DNA of 64,000 nt from Carcharhinus longimanus (taxonomy: Eukaryota). A model generated the notes under the pieces. That model worked only from the letters and a program-made list of their open reading frames with translations, was not told the DNA's origin and searched no databases. Shown one piece after another: positions 50,040-62,300 of this stretch (positions are counted from its first letter, which is position 1; the number at the start of each line of letters is the position of its first letter). A program made the translations under genes and the position numbers. The stretch is taken from the NCBI GenBank assembly GCA_030264375.1, contig JASCQW010000190.1, positions 36,734,400 through 36,798,399 of the forward strand. The letters are read 5' to 3'.

Positions 50040-53000
50040 TCGGCCAAGATCAAACTTGGTCCAAGTGTCAGGTCACTTGGCCACTGACCCAGACCCTCAG
50101 GGGTGGCCATGTTGGCGGTGACGTCACGGGTTGCGGGGGGGGGGGGTGCGCCTGCCCCCCCCCCNNNNNNNNNNNNNNNNNNNNNNNNNNNNNNNNNNNN
50201 NNNNNNNNNNNNNNNNNNNNNNNNNNNNNNNNNNNNNNNNNNNNNNNNNNNNNNNNNNNNNNNNNNNNNNNNNNNNNNNNNNNNNNNNNNNNNNNNNNNN
50301 NNNNNNNNNNNNNNNNNNNNNNNNNNNNNNNNNNNNNNNNNNNNNNNNNNNNNNNNNNNNNNNNNNNNNNNNNNNNNNNNNNNNNNNNNNNNNNNNNNNN
50401 NNNNNNNNNNNNNNNNNNNNNNNNNNNNNNNNNNNNNNNNNNNNNNNNNNNNNNNNNNNNNNNNNNNNNNNNNNNNNNNNNNNNNNNNNNNNNNNNNNNN
50501 NNNNNNNNNNNNNNNNNNNNNNNNNNNNNNNNNNNNNNNNNNNNNNNNNNNNNNNNNNNNNNNNNNNNNNNNNNNNNNNNNNNNNNNNNNNNNNNNNNNN
50601 NNNNNNNNNNNNNNNNNNNNNNACTCTCCGAAAGAGCATTCCCCCCCCGCCCTCCCCCCTCACTTTATGATCCAAGCATCTCCCCCAAAGCACTAGATTA
50701 TTGGCGCCTGTTCCCCATACTTTACATGGCACTCATTGACTGTTTTACTGGGAGTACGAAAACAAGAAAAAAAGATGAATGAAAGCAGAGCTATTGATAC
50801 ATTTTCGCAGCATCTCAGATTTCTGTTAATTATTTGACCGTGCTTTAACAGGCTTTTGTTATGTTTTGTTTTGAGGATTGCTGCAGTTGTGATATTCCCG
50901 AGTTTGGTAATCCTCAAGGATTTGTCTTAGGGTCAGATAGGTATCAATTCAAATCAAGGAGGATTACAGAGGAATCCAAAACTGCCAACAATGAATGAGC
51001 AAGTTTTAATTGTCACCTGACCTGAGTATTGCACCTCATAGGAACAAGTGCGAGGTTTATTCCTAGCTCAGTTTTACAGAATAATCTACACACATAGACA
51101 AGCCATTTGCTTTCGTTTACTATCTACGAATCTCTTATTGTGGGAATATAAAGGAATTGTTCTTCGACATTCAGAGGGAATTTTTATGGGGCACTTTATG
51201 GCGTGCTGATACAATGTTTTGTTGGAACCCAGTGCCGAACGTGCTAACTTTTGGAGTTGAATGTTCCACCTTTTTTTCCCAAAGCTTTGACAGATTTAGT
51301 GTGAAGGCATGACACAACATATGTGACATTTTCATCTTTATAATTAAATCATTGTAAATACAATAAATTTCGGTATATTTTAGTGGAAAAATAACGATGC
51401 TAGAAGGTGAGAAACTTCATTCACACCTGTTTATTTTAAGTTACAAATATGTAACATAACGGATTTGCATTTCAAACGATTACGCCAGACGAAGCAGGAT
51501 AAAAAATTTTAGGCAAGCTGAAATATAAAATTCACACAGTTATGCAATAATATTTCTTGCCTACGGAAAAGCCAGTTCTATTGGTATATGAAAAATAATC
51601 GAATACTAAATTCGTCCTGACTGGAATTAAGATTTCCGAATAGTGCGTAACTTTGAATAAAGATTTTTGTTAGGATCTCGCAATCCGTTGTTTAAATGCA
51701 GAGGTTTATCCTTTCTTTTTAACACTAGCAGTAATTAAATGCTACAATTGTATTCTCTGACCGTCACTTTTGAAAACCAAGTGTATCCTTGCAGTGACAA
51801 CCTACAGCCACCACACTCCCTACCCCCACCCCCGCAAAGAACACATTTTATTTCCCACCATCAAATGCGATTCACTCAATTACAGAGGACTTAAACACTA
51901 TAATTAAATGATGTAAAAAAATTGAAAGGTCAGTGTATGGATGGCCATTGGGATTCGACTGTGCAAATCAATGCGAAACGGAAGAATTCTTCGGGACAAT
52001 TTACGCTTCAACCCTGCGATTTCCTTCTGAACAAATACAGCGTGCACTGAGACCATTCGTATTTAAATTCCAAGCTCGTTAGCGCTTCAGGTGAATGAAA
52101 AGATTTGGACTATAAGCTAAATAAAAATATCTTTCCAGTTATCCAATTTATGGTCCTGATGGGAGGTTATCGAATATGTACATTTAATATGTATTTGGAA
52201 TCGAATTACACGATTAAAATATAGAATTAGTTCAGGATTGATGCAGACCCAATCAGTTATTCAACGCAAACATTCATCATCGCCTCCATTTAAATACGAA
52301 GCAGAAATTGAGTAGTCGACTGTTGTGTGCGCCGATCTTAGGTGTAAAGTGATATTTCAGCCTATTTTATTTCGTTCCAAAAAATAGTTTCCAAGGGATC
52401 GCTTTCACTAGATTCTGCTTCAGTGGAGGTACAGCCATTCTAAAATAATTGTTTCCGGTGTTTACTAGATTTCACGTCGACGAGTGTGATTAAAGAAATC
52501 GCTGAATAGAAATCTGTTAATTTGTTATTTATAACCGATTGAACCGCCGAGAATGTTCACGCATGCTTCGAAATGATTTGGAAATAACTTTGGGATGAGC
52601 TCAGAAAGTTTCCACCTATTTGACAGTTTCCTCTGTGCATGTGTATGTACTGTACTTAAATATAATTTAATTCCTTTTCGTTCTACTTGCATTGAAGGGA
52701 AAGGGAAAACTTTTAAATGATTTTGCTATGTTAAATTTGCCCGATTGCATGAATGCCAGAGGAGTAATTTTAAAAGTCGGCTAGATGTGCTCTGCATACC
52801 CACATCATATTAGACCAAGCCAGGCCATCCATAGCAAGCATAGCTTACGCTATACAAACTTCAGATTGATTAGTGACTTTGCTTCACTTTAAAAATAAAT
52901 CATTTGCAGTCTCTTCAACTTTACATTACGTGTTTTGACGTGGAAAATTAATCGTCTGGCGGTGAAAGAGGATACCGATCTAAAGTTATGTTTTAACAAT

Positions 53001-55440
53001 GCATAAATAAGTCTCTCCCTTGACAGTTTATCTGCTGATAAACATGCCGGAAGCTGATGCACCATAGACAAACAAAAGTCTTCAATTTAATCCCGTATGA
53101 GTGCCAGAAGACAAAAGGACGAAGCGAATACCCGGAGCATTTGCAAGGATCATTTAGCATCCAGCCCTGTAAATATTGGGTAACTTGGCTTGTTGTAAAA
53201 ACCCAGAGAGGATACCGTGCTCGAATTAACAGTTCCTGCATTGCAGGAAGTGCAACGATGTGTAAAATTAAATGCAGCTGTCGAAAAGGGGGGAAAAAGA
53301 TCACTTCAATAAAAGAAATGCACTGTTCAAGGCAAATACCTGCGGTTTCATGAGTATAAAGGCTATGCGATCTTTATTGGGACTCATAGATCTTTAGTTC
53401 CGAAAGGGACGGAGACAGTGTTCCATGGGAATGTAGTAAAGTGAAAAGCATTATTGGAACAGGGCTTTTAGTGTTTATTTCACCCAATGTCCCTGCGAAT
53501 GATTGGCCTGGTAATAGCAAAGCAAACATGAAAATGTGGTATAGATTTTTAGCCTCATTAAGGAAGCGCTCACCATTTAGCGTCAGTCAATCAATTATAA
53601 TCACGAGTAAAGACACAAGGCATTATTATAAAAACACACTAGCCCGGTGATATTGCAAATGAGGAGATGGCTCTGCCGGTGCCATTCCCGGTGACGAGAA
53701 ATCAACTTTGCATTTTACCCAACTAAAGTTGATCTTAAAAAGTGAACCCAATTAACAGGAGGACGCAGTGTGTGAAATGTTCCTTTTTTAAAAAACGTGG
53801 TCTTTAAAAAGTTTCAGTAAAATCAAAAACGTAATTATATATTTCTTGTAGCTTAATGTCATATTATATCGATCCCCTAGTTAACGCCGTTTAAAAATAA
53901 TGTACCACCAAATGTGCTCTAACATATAGATATTTGAGTGTTCGAACAGCATCATGCTTTTTGAACGGAAGTTAATTCAGAGGCAAAATGTCTTTCAAAC
54001 GTTCAACAGGCTGAAGACAGTGGCTTAATACAGAAATGTGTGTGTGGTGAGATGTCGGGGAACATGCGTGTCCGAGATGTCGAACACCAGGATGGAAATG
54101 TTATCATAATCGTTGGTCTAAATAAAACCTGCAACCTCTTTCTTAAAGATCTCCACTTTCAAATAGATAGAATTATATAAATGTAGCAAGTTGTTAATTC
54201 CCCCACATCCTCTTCCGCGTCTACTAACATTTGAAATGAAAAGCCTATCTTGTCGGGACGGTAGCTGTAAACCAGTATCCAATTTGACCGTACTGCAATG
54301 ATGACAAGTGCACCTATAAAGCAGAACTGCTGCCTTTGCATTGTCTTCCTCACTTGGTGCCACCCCTTGCAAATCCTGTACTACTTTCCAACTTGCTGCT
54401 ACTGTTCCTGCAATATATGTGGCCACTGACATGAATACCGCTTTTGTTGTGCCTAATGACAAACTCACAAGATTATTCCACATCCCAGAGCAGTCCTGAT
54501 AATCCACTTCACGATTTAGTAAACTTGAGCCAATTGGTGGAGGTTGTTAGGATAAAACTCGCAGTGCAATACAAAATATTCTAGATGTGGAAAACGGGGG
54601 CAAGTTTCATCTACAACAAGTTCCACAATCCATGTTGCGTCAACAGTAACTCAGTCCATATAATCTTTTGGATTTTTTTTTTGTAAAGCAAGTTTTCCAA
54701 TTCCGTAATAAGATAGACAAATCCGGGTTGCAGTACATTTGAACATATGTGACTTCACAACCGTCTTATAGTGCAAGCCAACCCTTTACAGGTCTTACAC
54801 ACTTGGTTCAAAGTAAATGTATTTTATATAAAACACACAGTTAGTGGCTTCGGCGCGATAACTAATTTCACAGATAAGAAAAAAACAAATATCCAGTACA
54901 AAAGCAATTACCAGAGCTAAACCCAGCTCCTCCCATCAATAGTAACTGAGGGACGGAAGGAGCCTGATCTAATCGATACTGTAATTAAAGATCCTATGAA
55001 GCGACCAGAGAGTGAGGAGCACGCAAAGAATTTATAATCCTGTCCCTGTGAGCACTTTATGAAGGAAAATCATTGGGAAAAGCTCCCACTGTCTCCTTCG
55101 ATGTCAATACTGTGCGAACAGCAAGCAGGAGACAGCTCGAAAAGACTGTCAATAAGATCTGCTCGCTTTTTCTTTCATAGAAGCAGCAGCGAGGAATTAT
55201 TTCCAGCGGAAAGGGGGCGTTTAGGCGAAAGTTATTTGTCCAATTCCCCCACGATCCCCTGCTAGCGCACGGCAACGAAAATACCTCAATCAATTGGGTC
55301 AATATTAAAACGCAGTTTGATTAAGTTGCCAAACATCCTACACAATCTACTAGTTACTGCAACTCTTGGGGTGGAATCAGTTAACTAAGAGGATAACATT
55401 TATAAGTCTCAGAAATTCAGACTACGGTAGTCTACGAAAT
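50040..55440. promoter_or_regulatory. CpG-retaining, TE-free putative regulatory domain downstream of SALL1
   Basis: Hand count gives about 30 CpG in 51901-52560 versus about 2 in 40261-40920. No recognisable repeats. Confidence 0.6.
50118..50127. promoter_or_regulatory. Perfect palindromic CRE/ATF site GTGACGTCAC at the edge of a GC-rich gap
   Basis: Sequence ggcggtgacgtcacgggttgcggggg. Function untested. Confidence 0.45.
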
Positions 55441-56099
55441 GCAAGTGCATGGAGGTTCAACTTTGGTACAAGATGTAGTCCAGCCTGCAGGCTGTGCTTT
55501 CAAATAGTGGTAGATGGGCAATGGATATCAGAATATATCACATAGCTCTGCCCATCAAGTTCTCATCCAGTAGTTTAAATAGACAACATTTGATTATAAT
55601 TGCCAAGATGCTTATTAAAAGTGTACATCTGATTTCATGTGATGATATGTACTATTAAAAAATTGTACTTCTATTTATTGTTGAGCTTAATCATGAGTTC
55701 CTTAGTGGTATAGTGTAAGAGGCGCATTCTCAGTATTTACCCAGTGGTCTTGATATATATTAAACTATGCAATAATGAAATGTCCTAATCTTTTTTCAAT
55801 CAACAGAATCATCTATTAAAATCACATTATTCTGCACTACTTTTTGAACTCCTTTAATATGTTAGAAACATCTTAAAATCAGTAATTTGCAAAAAAGAGT
55901 GATGAACAGATCGGTATTTTAAAAGCCTTTTAGAAATGGATACTCACCAAGTTTAGAAAATAGGTCAATGGACTTGCAATTAGTGGACAGGACCCCAAAA
56001 GAAAGTGATTTTAAGACAGAAAGCAAAAATACACACGCATCAAGGGTGGCTGTTGCAAAACTCATGTATTTGATTAAATGAGTAAGAATTACAGTACCT

Positions 56100-57164
56100 C
56101 AGCTGTTAGTAGGTATTAAATTTTAGTGAAACTGGATTGTTTCTTCCAGCTTTCCAAGAAAGTGCATATATCAGTCACAAGGGTTTTCATACCTAATACA
56201 AAATTATTACACAATAAAACACTATCTCTCGTCGGTCGGTGAAGATGAAGCTTTGTCTTAAGCAACTTACCGGTACAGTATATACATTAATGATTTTCCC
56301 TAGACATATGTCATTATGATATATATATACACACACAAGACATAATCTACAATAGCTTCATATTACTCCCTTCAAAATTGTTCAAAAGATGCATTTACGT
56401 AGCAGCAATGTGAAAGTCCAGCACATTTTTCTTCTATACTAAATATACCTATGGGGCAGAAATCTTTATTGTATTTAAAGGTACAATAACAGGAGTTTCC
56501 TTCTATGACCATCGTGCTTATTACTTCACTGAAACTCATCAACATTTAAGATGACGTAAGTGAAAAGCACAGTACAAAGAACCATTTAGAACAGAAATGG
56601 TTTAACCTACAAAAAAACTTGCAATTTCACTTGGTGTTAAAAACAGTAAAGGGTAAACTGCTTACAGAGCAACAGCATTGACATTCAGTTTGAAGTCTGC
56701 AATTTTACAGTTATTTTGTTAATGGAAGGTATGACTGAACAATTAACTGATTGTGAATACTGTAGCAGACTACCAAAACTTTACATTATATATACAGATC
56801 TTGTTTAGTGAGGAATGGACTTTTGAGGCATTGCACCAATGCCAGTCATGTTAAAACTAGATTACTCACAAATCATAAAATAAGTTAATGCAAGGGCAAA
56901 AATCACCTAACAGAATAGATCTGCAAATGCTAGGAAACTTACATGTTTAAAGCACTCTAGTCCATTAGTATATAGGCCAAGATGCTGAAGACCAGTAGTT
57001 TACACTTGCAACTTGTTTGCAAAGCAAAGTTATCACTAATAAATAAGTTTTTCATACAACACTAAAAGTTAGGCATTGTACAAAAGGTGTTCTCACAACA
57101 CTTTGGTCCATTGGCCTGAAAGACGCCCCAGATTACTTCCATTGTTGGAATGTTGACTGTCACT
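56100..57164 (-). other. SALL1: SALL1 3' UTR (distal end uncertain)
   Basis: Follows the TGA. It is repeat-free and U/A-rich, with an ARE nonamer, PUM elements and miRNA seed matches. Poly(A) signal candidates are at 56465-56470, 56122-56127 and 55674-55679. Confidence 0.7.
56465..56470 (-). terminator. Candidate proximal poly(A) signal AATAAA of SALL1
   Basis: tttatt on the + strand, about 700 nt after the stop codon. Confidence 0.5.
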
Positions 57165-57605
57165 TCAGTTTGATACAATTTCTTTGTTGTCTTCCACCAA
57201 GCGGGTGAATTTATGGTTCGTTCCATTTTCAGTGGTTGACATTTTCTCCAGACCAGCTAGAGGTGCACTGGGTTCAGTATTGTGAAGCTTCTCCATGCTT
57301 CCCGTTAAACCACTGATGGGCGAGCTGCCACCATTGCCCAGACTAGCAGGGTTTGGAGGAAGTCCACCATTCTGAATCACTGAAATCTCATTGGTCTTCA
57401 TCGCTAAGCCATTCGTTAGTGCCGCTGCGTACTGGTTCCAAAATGAAGAAGGGTCTCCGTCACGAGCTCGAACAGCCAAATCCTTCTGAAGCATTTCCGT
57501 GAATTTAATGGGATTTCCACTTAGGAATGCCATGGGACCATCCACTGAAAGACGCCGGCCTCGCCTTGCAGGGGCACTGTTCCACATGTGTGTCCCCATA
57601 TGAAC
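57165..57605 (-). CDS. SALL1: SALL1 terminal coding exon 3 (completes the last C2H2 finger and the C-terminus)
   Basis: The acceptor ttttgacattacag|GTT at 57606/57605 is phase 0. It encodes [28 protein letters not shown]...[31 protein letters not shown]...[14 protein letters not shown], matching the known SALL1 C-terminus. Length 441 nt including TGA. Confidence 0.96.
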   Translation of the reverse strand, partial: VHMGTHMWNSAPARRGRRLSVDGPMAFLSGNPIKFTEMLQKDLAVRARDGDPSSFWNQYAAALTNGLAMKTNEISVIQNGGLPPNPASLGNGGSSPISGLTGSMEKLHNTEPSAPLAGLEKMSTTENGTNHKFTRLVEDNKEIVSN

Positions 57606-59344
57606 CTGTAATGTCAAAAATCAGATGGAACAAAGTTAGATCAGGCAACCACACAAGAACTGGGTACCAACAAAGACACTGCCATACCCAATCTATGGGC
57701 AAGAAAAATGCATGCATTTTTGGGGCCATGTTCGGCATTTAGCTAAGACTGCTGCATCCAATTTCGTTGTGATAACTCACATTATATCTGACATCACTAA
57801 CACAGCAAGTAAACATCCTTATCAGACAGGGATAAAATATCTTTAACTTGACAGTCTGATTGCTCATCAGAGACAAGCCACTGAAGGTTATTATTCCTCT
57901 CATATTACATGGGCGATCCCAAGAGAAATAGTTTGTCAGAAGAAATCGGCACATATTTGTAGTGCTCAATGGTTCCTTAAAATTAAATACTGAACAAAAG
58001 GACATTTAATTTCTTAGAGTCTTTTTTCCACACCTTTGTTAATCCATTTCCTACAAGTGAACAGTTAAACATCAGGATGTAAAATACATTGAATCTTATT
58101 AACTGTTTGCAAGAATTGATTGTTTCACAAATCACATGCACACAATTTAAGCATACTGCAATATTTTCCATTAATATAAATTGTACTTTGATTTTTCTGG
58201 CATAATATCAATTTTCCATATTTTTGACTCTCTTAACACCATGCATTGATTACACTTATATAATTTATTATCCTATTTTTCCACTCTCCTCCAACATCCT
58301 ACCCACCCGACCTTTCACAAGAGACACAGGACTATCTCTGGGCATCTATGCTATCCTCTTTATAGTACAGAATTCTGAAATATGCAGATATCTCTGTACA
58401 CATTGGCAGGCTTCTTGGTCAACCCATGAATACATTCACTGTGACTGATAAAACCAACCCAAGTAAGAGATCAGAGTGCTACTGCCAACCAAGCTGGCAT
58501 CAATCTCAGGATCCACATCCAAACTTGAGTTCTACATTAGGAGATGTCAGTGATCCACCTTGTGCTTTTAAATTTGCCAGATAAACAACTGACAAACAAT
58601 TTGTCTGTGCACTTCATTCCAGCAGTTGATAAATAAAAGTAGAGTCAGTGTCTGAGGTACTATGGTGTGCAGGACTCATTTGATGATTTGGTTTTGTTTG
58701 GAGCTCGTGGACAAAGCATCATAGAATCCCTACAGTATAGAAGGAAGCCCTTTGGCCTATCGAGCCTATACCGACGACAATCCCACCAAAGTCTTATTCC
58801 AGGAAAGCCACATATTTACCATGCTAGTCCCTCTGACTATAAGGGGAAATTTACCATGGCCAATCCATCTAACCCACATTATTTTTGAAGAAACCACAAT
58901 AAATTCTGCCTTACAGGCATTTTAATGGGATGTATCAAGCCCTTATTAATCACTGATATTGATAACCTCTTTGATGCATCATCTAATTGGTATAAAACAT
59001 AAATATACTTCAACATTACTGACCCTAATACAGATTGAAACGGTATTGTTCTGAAATAAATGTGGGATTGCATGTTTTCCATTTCGTTGGCTCCAAAGTC
59101 AATTGAGAGGATTCACATTCATTGCTACTGCTGTAGTTGTGTTGCATATAGGATTAGAATTGCATTTTAACAAAGCAAACTGCTTATAATTTGCATCAGG
59201 TAAAACAGCTTACATTGTTCTTCTCACTTTCCTCCTTATGTCTTTAAAGCCAACAGTATGACTAGATGCTGCTGTTTCCATTTCAGTTTAATATCTAAAT
59301 CGCATGCACAAATTCAACATATTTAACAGAATGTCGGAAAATAC
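57606..59344 (-). other. SALL1: SALL1 intron 2 (GT-AG, 1739 bp), splitting the last zinc finger (NLK|VHMGTH)
   Basis: GT at 59344-59343 and AG at 57607-57606. This is the conserved SALL-family intron position. Confidence 0.95.
58718..58885 (-). mobile_element. HE1-like SINE 3' half within SALL1 intron 2
   Basis: catagaatccctacagtatagaaggaagccctttggcctatcgag...ccaatccatctaacc. Confidence 0.75.
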
Positions 59345-62300
59345 CTTCAAGTTGCCTTTGGTGGTAAAAGCTCTTCCACATATTGTACAGGCAAATGGTT
59401 TTTCACCAGTATGTGTTCTCTCATGTATCTGCAGAGCGCTGGATGAGGAGAATGTTTTCCCACATGCTGTGCAGTAATGCTGTTTCGGTGTTCTTCTTTG
59501 CGGTGCTGGCAGGACAGGCGAGATAGCAGATGCAGACAGAGGCCCTGATGAAATAAGGCTAGCAGGTGGATCTTTACAGTCCTGGGAACACCCATGCATG
59601 AAACCATTGACCTCAGTTTTGATTAGGGATGTCAAACTGTTAGCAGCCACATTTGAAGAGCTCTGATTAGGACCGATATTAGAATTGTTGGGTTCAAACA
59701 GCTGAGATGGAAGGTCCCGCATCTGATGTGTCAACATGTGCTGCTTCAAATTACCCTTAGTGGAAAAGCCACGATTGCATACTGTGCAAATATATGGACG
59801 CTCTTTGGTATGGCTTCTGTAATGAATGTCCAAGGCACTCTGACAAGCAAATGCTTTGCCACAGATATCACAAGATGTATTCCTCAACTTACCCCGATCT
59901 CGACTGGGAAACAGCATGCTTAAAGCATCATCTTTAATTATTCGTTCTGCATTACTAGAAGTCAGATCTAAGGCACCACCATTGGTGGTTGCTGGAGATA
60001 CTGAATTAGATAAATCTGGTAGTAAAGTTCTGTGCTGTCTCTCTTCACAGCCCGGTGACTTTGACCTACGACTATCTGTGTTGCTGTTGGCAGGAGATGG
60101 AGCCTGCATGGAAGAGGTAGATTCTGAAATGGCAGGACTTCCAGCACTCTGGCTCTCCATATCCCCTATCATTGAAAAAGAGTCACTAGTCATTTGGTCT
60201 CCATCTGCTGATCCGTTCTCACCTGACCTGAGGCTTGCTTGGAGCTGCTCAACGAGACCAGCATTAATCATTTTCATTTGATTCTCAAGAGCTACAATAC
60301 TGGACATTTCTGACGGCAATGGAGATGGAGATAAACTGCCTTGAGACACCTCTGCAGATTTGGGCGTGTCTGGTACACTACTATCAGGACAATCTTCCAT
60401 ATTCTCATCTGAGTAGTCATCTATGTCATCAAAATTTTTGTCTTCAAAAGAAGCTGTGTCAGATTCCATAGATTCAGGATAGTTGTCAGCAACGGGAGTA
60501 TTTGGAATCTGGCCTCCCATATGCATTCGAATGTGCTGTTGCAATACCACAGCATTTGTGAATTTCTTCTGGCATATCGGACAAGAATGCTGAACTCTCA
60601 GTGGTGGCATGGCACGATGAACACCATAATGGGTTTTCAGATTTCCCTTAGTGGTGAATGCACGACCACAGACCTTGCATTTGAAGGGCCTCTCACCAGT
60701 ATGTGTACGATAATGCATCTTCAGTGCACTATGGCAACTAAGAACTCGATGGCAAATGACACATTGGTTGGGGTCCGTCATCTTCCTGTCAATGTTTTCT
60801 ACTAGCTGCTGCAACTTTGAAGTTTCTGACGCCTGCAAAGAATCTAAGAGACCTCCAAATGGAAACTTTGACTTAAACTGTTCTGACATAAGTGGTATAA
60901 GTGGGCTTGTAAAAGCAGAAGTAGTACTTAGACCTGAATCAGATGCACTTGAACTGACAGGGACAGCCAAGCTGGTGACAGAATTAATAGATTGTGTGTT
61001 TTCATCTAGTTTACCATTTGAGGTAGGTGAAGCACTTTCTTCCACTTCGTCCAAATCATTCGCATTTTTCACGGAGGGTTCTGTCGCTCCTAAGTCACTC
61101 TGGACCGAGCCAGGAGGGCTACAAGAAGACTGATTAACTGAGATAGACTGACACTCCTCTGATTTGATAATAGCCGACAAACCTGATATGGTTGATGGGA
61201 GTGGCAGGCCCACAGATGTGGTCAGTGTAGGTAATACAGGCTTACTATCTAGCCAACTTGTTATAGGTTTTTCAGGTGGTATAGACATTCCATATGGAAT
61301 ACCTGTATTTGTTGGAACATTGTCTAAATGTTCTGGAACTGGATAGGGGTTCATATGAATATGGGGATATTTTTCTCTGTGCCTCTGAAAGTGAACCTTC
61401 AAATTTCCTTTTGTGGAGAATCTGTTACCACAAATGTTGCATTTATAAGGTCTCTCGCCAGTATGGGAGCGCAAATGAATCTGCAAGGCACTGTCACTTC
61501 CAAACACTTTAGCACAAAACCTGCACTTATGTTTAAAGAAAGCCTCATCAGAGCTGCTTTTAGTCTCAAATACGACCACATTTGGTGGTTTGCCTTTCCT
61601 TTGATTTGCCAGAGCTGTCATTGAGCCAAGGTTTCCTGAAGTTGTTTCAATGCTTGAGAGAGGAGTGGAAAACACAGAAGTGGATGTGGAGGTTTGAGGT
61701 AGCAGCGAGTTGGACAAACTGGATGCAGGACTTAGTAAACTGCTAATTCCAAGAGCTGGTGTGGACACTGTAGATACCGAAGGACTGATTAACTGAGAAT
61801 CACTAATGGTACTTGTAGATACGTTTTCAGAGGGCTGTATGGTACTAGGCAATGAGGATGCGTTTACTTTTGGAGAACTACTGCCAGGCTGAGCTATGGT
61901 GCTTCCAAGGCTGCTCTGAGGTAGATGAAGTTGCTTTCCACCATTGATGCTGGCAGATTGGCTGGCAAGGCTCTGTGCTAGCCCAGCTGCAGCAGCAAGC
62001 TGCTGAGATAGATGTGAACTAAGTGTAGTTAATGGATTAACAGCAGTTCCTAAAGTACCTTGGGAAGAGTTAACTGATGGTGGAATTTCTGCATTTTGGG
62101 AAGCCAGTAGGATTATCTGGTGACGGATTTGTTCAATAAGCTGTAACTGATGGATTTGTTGTTGTTGCAAAGCCAGTAGTTGTTCCATAAGTGCTGGAAC
62201 AGCAACCTTGCTGTTTGATGCACTATTAGATCTTGTTTCCTGGGAGAACTGGGCTACAGCCACTTTAGTACTTTGAAGATTTTCAATGATCACATTACTG

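Noticed and set aside
50027-50782. ORFs of 179-251 aa
   Set aside because: Artefacts of translating through the N gap.
54118-54507. 129-aa minus-strand ORF in the CpG-retaining domain
   Set aside because: Non-ATG start, no recognisable homology and no splice support.
59726-61624. Several plus-strand ORFs of 60-141 aa overlapping SALL1 exon 2
   Set aside because: Antisense shadows of a long coding exon, with no recognisable domains.
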